Below are positions 63,409-64,000 of a stretch of DNA of 64,000 nucleotides, one piece after another. Position numbers and translations under genes: made by a program. The notes below the pieces were generated by a model. It made no database searches. It was not told the DNA's origin and saw nothing but the letters and a program-made list of their open reading frames with translations. How positions within the stretch are numbered: position 1 is the first letter of the stretch; each line of letters starts with the position of its first letter. The stretch covers positions 315,565 to 379,564 of the forward strand of contig NMRA01000264.1 of the NCBI GenBank assembly GCA_002633005.1, read 5' to 3'. Origin of the DNA: Phoronis australis (taxonomy: Eukaryota; Animalia; Phoronida).

Positions 63409-64000
63409 GTATGTAACGGCTTCACAAGTGTGTTTACATCTAGTAGGGAGAACAATATTTTTCAAAAATTTTAGAAAATGTGCATGTAATATACATCACG
63501 AGAAAGCTCTCTACAAGACTAAAAGAACGGTGCAAAAATTTTTTAAATCGGACTTACGGTTCCGGAGAAAATGGTGTTTTTGTGTCAAATTTTTTGGTAA
63601 AAATTCTGTCAAATCAAATTTGTGAGTTTGAAATATAATGGTTACAAATCTATGTAACCTAGACAGACATGTTATACATCATTTCAAAGAAAATTTTATG
63701 ATGAATAATTTGCAAAAAAGAACATTCCGATTGGACATTCCTGTGCGAAGATATTGACCATAAAGTCAACAAAGTCGACGAAGAAAAGTCATTACGTTCA
63801 ATTTTGCCGTTTCAAATTGGCATAAAATAAAAATCACTCAAGAAAAAAAAATAAGCTAGTATCATTTCAAGATTTTTCATCAGGGAAGTTGAAATCTGAT
63901 AATTGGTTTGGGCAAATTATTAATATTATTTTGTGACTTTTTTGTTGACATGCAGTTTGCGACTTACTTAACTTTGTCAAAATGCATTACTTAAAAAAAT

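Noticed and set aside
63025-63465. 146 aa minus-strand ORF, and the 63409-63625 extension of the plus ORF
   Set aside because: Antisense shadow and intron read-through of the TAF11-like exon.

Overview
Intron-rich, AT-rich animal genomic DNA, probably a marine invertebrate draft assembly, with three N gaps. Hand-splicing at GT/AG junctions gives six genes. (1) The 3' six exons of an R7/KIM-family tyrosine phosphatase (PTPRR/PTPN5-like, +, 2557-8241) with WDD in place of WPD. (2) An apparently orphan two-exon single-pass membrane protein (+, 16188-18549). (3) Complete ELP4 (-, 8 exons, 378 aa), head-to-head with (4) complete FBXO47 (+, 9 exons, 465 aa). (5) Complete STK38/NDR/tricornered kinase (-, 12 exons, 464 aa), head-to-head with (6) a probable TAF11 first exon. 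Introns and intergenic DNA hold a decayed ISL2EU-type transposon (THAP + YqaJ remnants), a TIR element with a HIRAN-like pseudo-ORF, several MITEs with 5-bp TSDs, a chimeric retroelement and many minisatellites. The most striking pattern is that three minisatellites consist of copies of a real exon-intron junction, producing arrays of decoy splice sites next to conserved exons. All protein family calls rest on recalled motifs; no database search was run.
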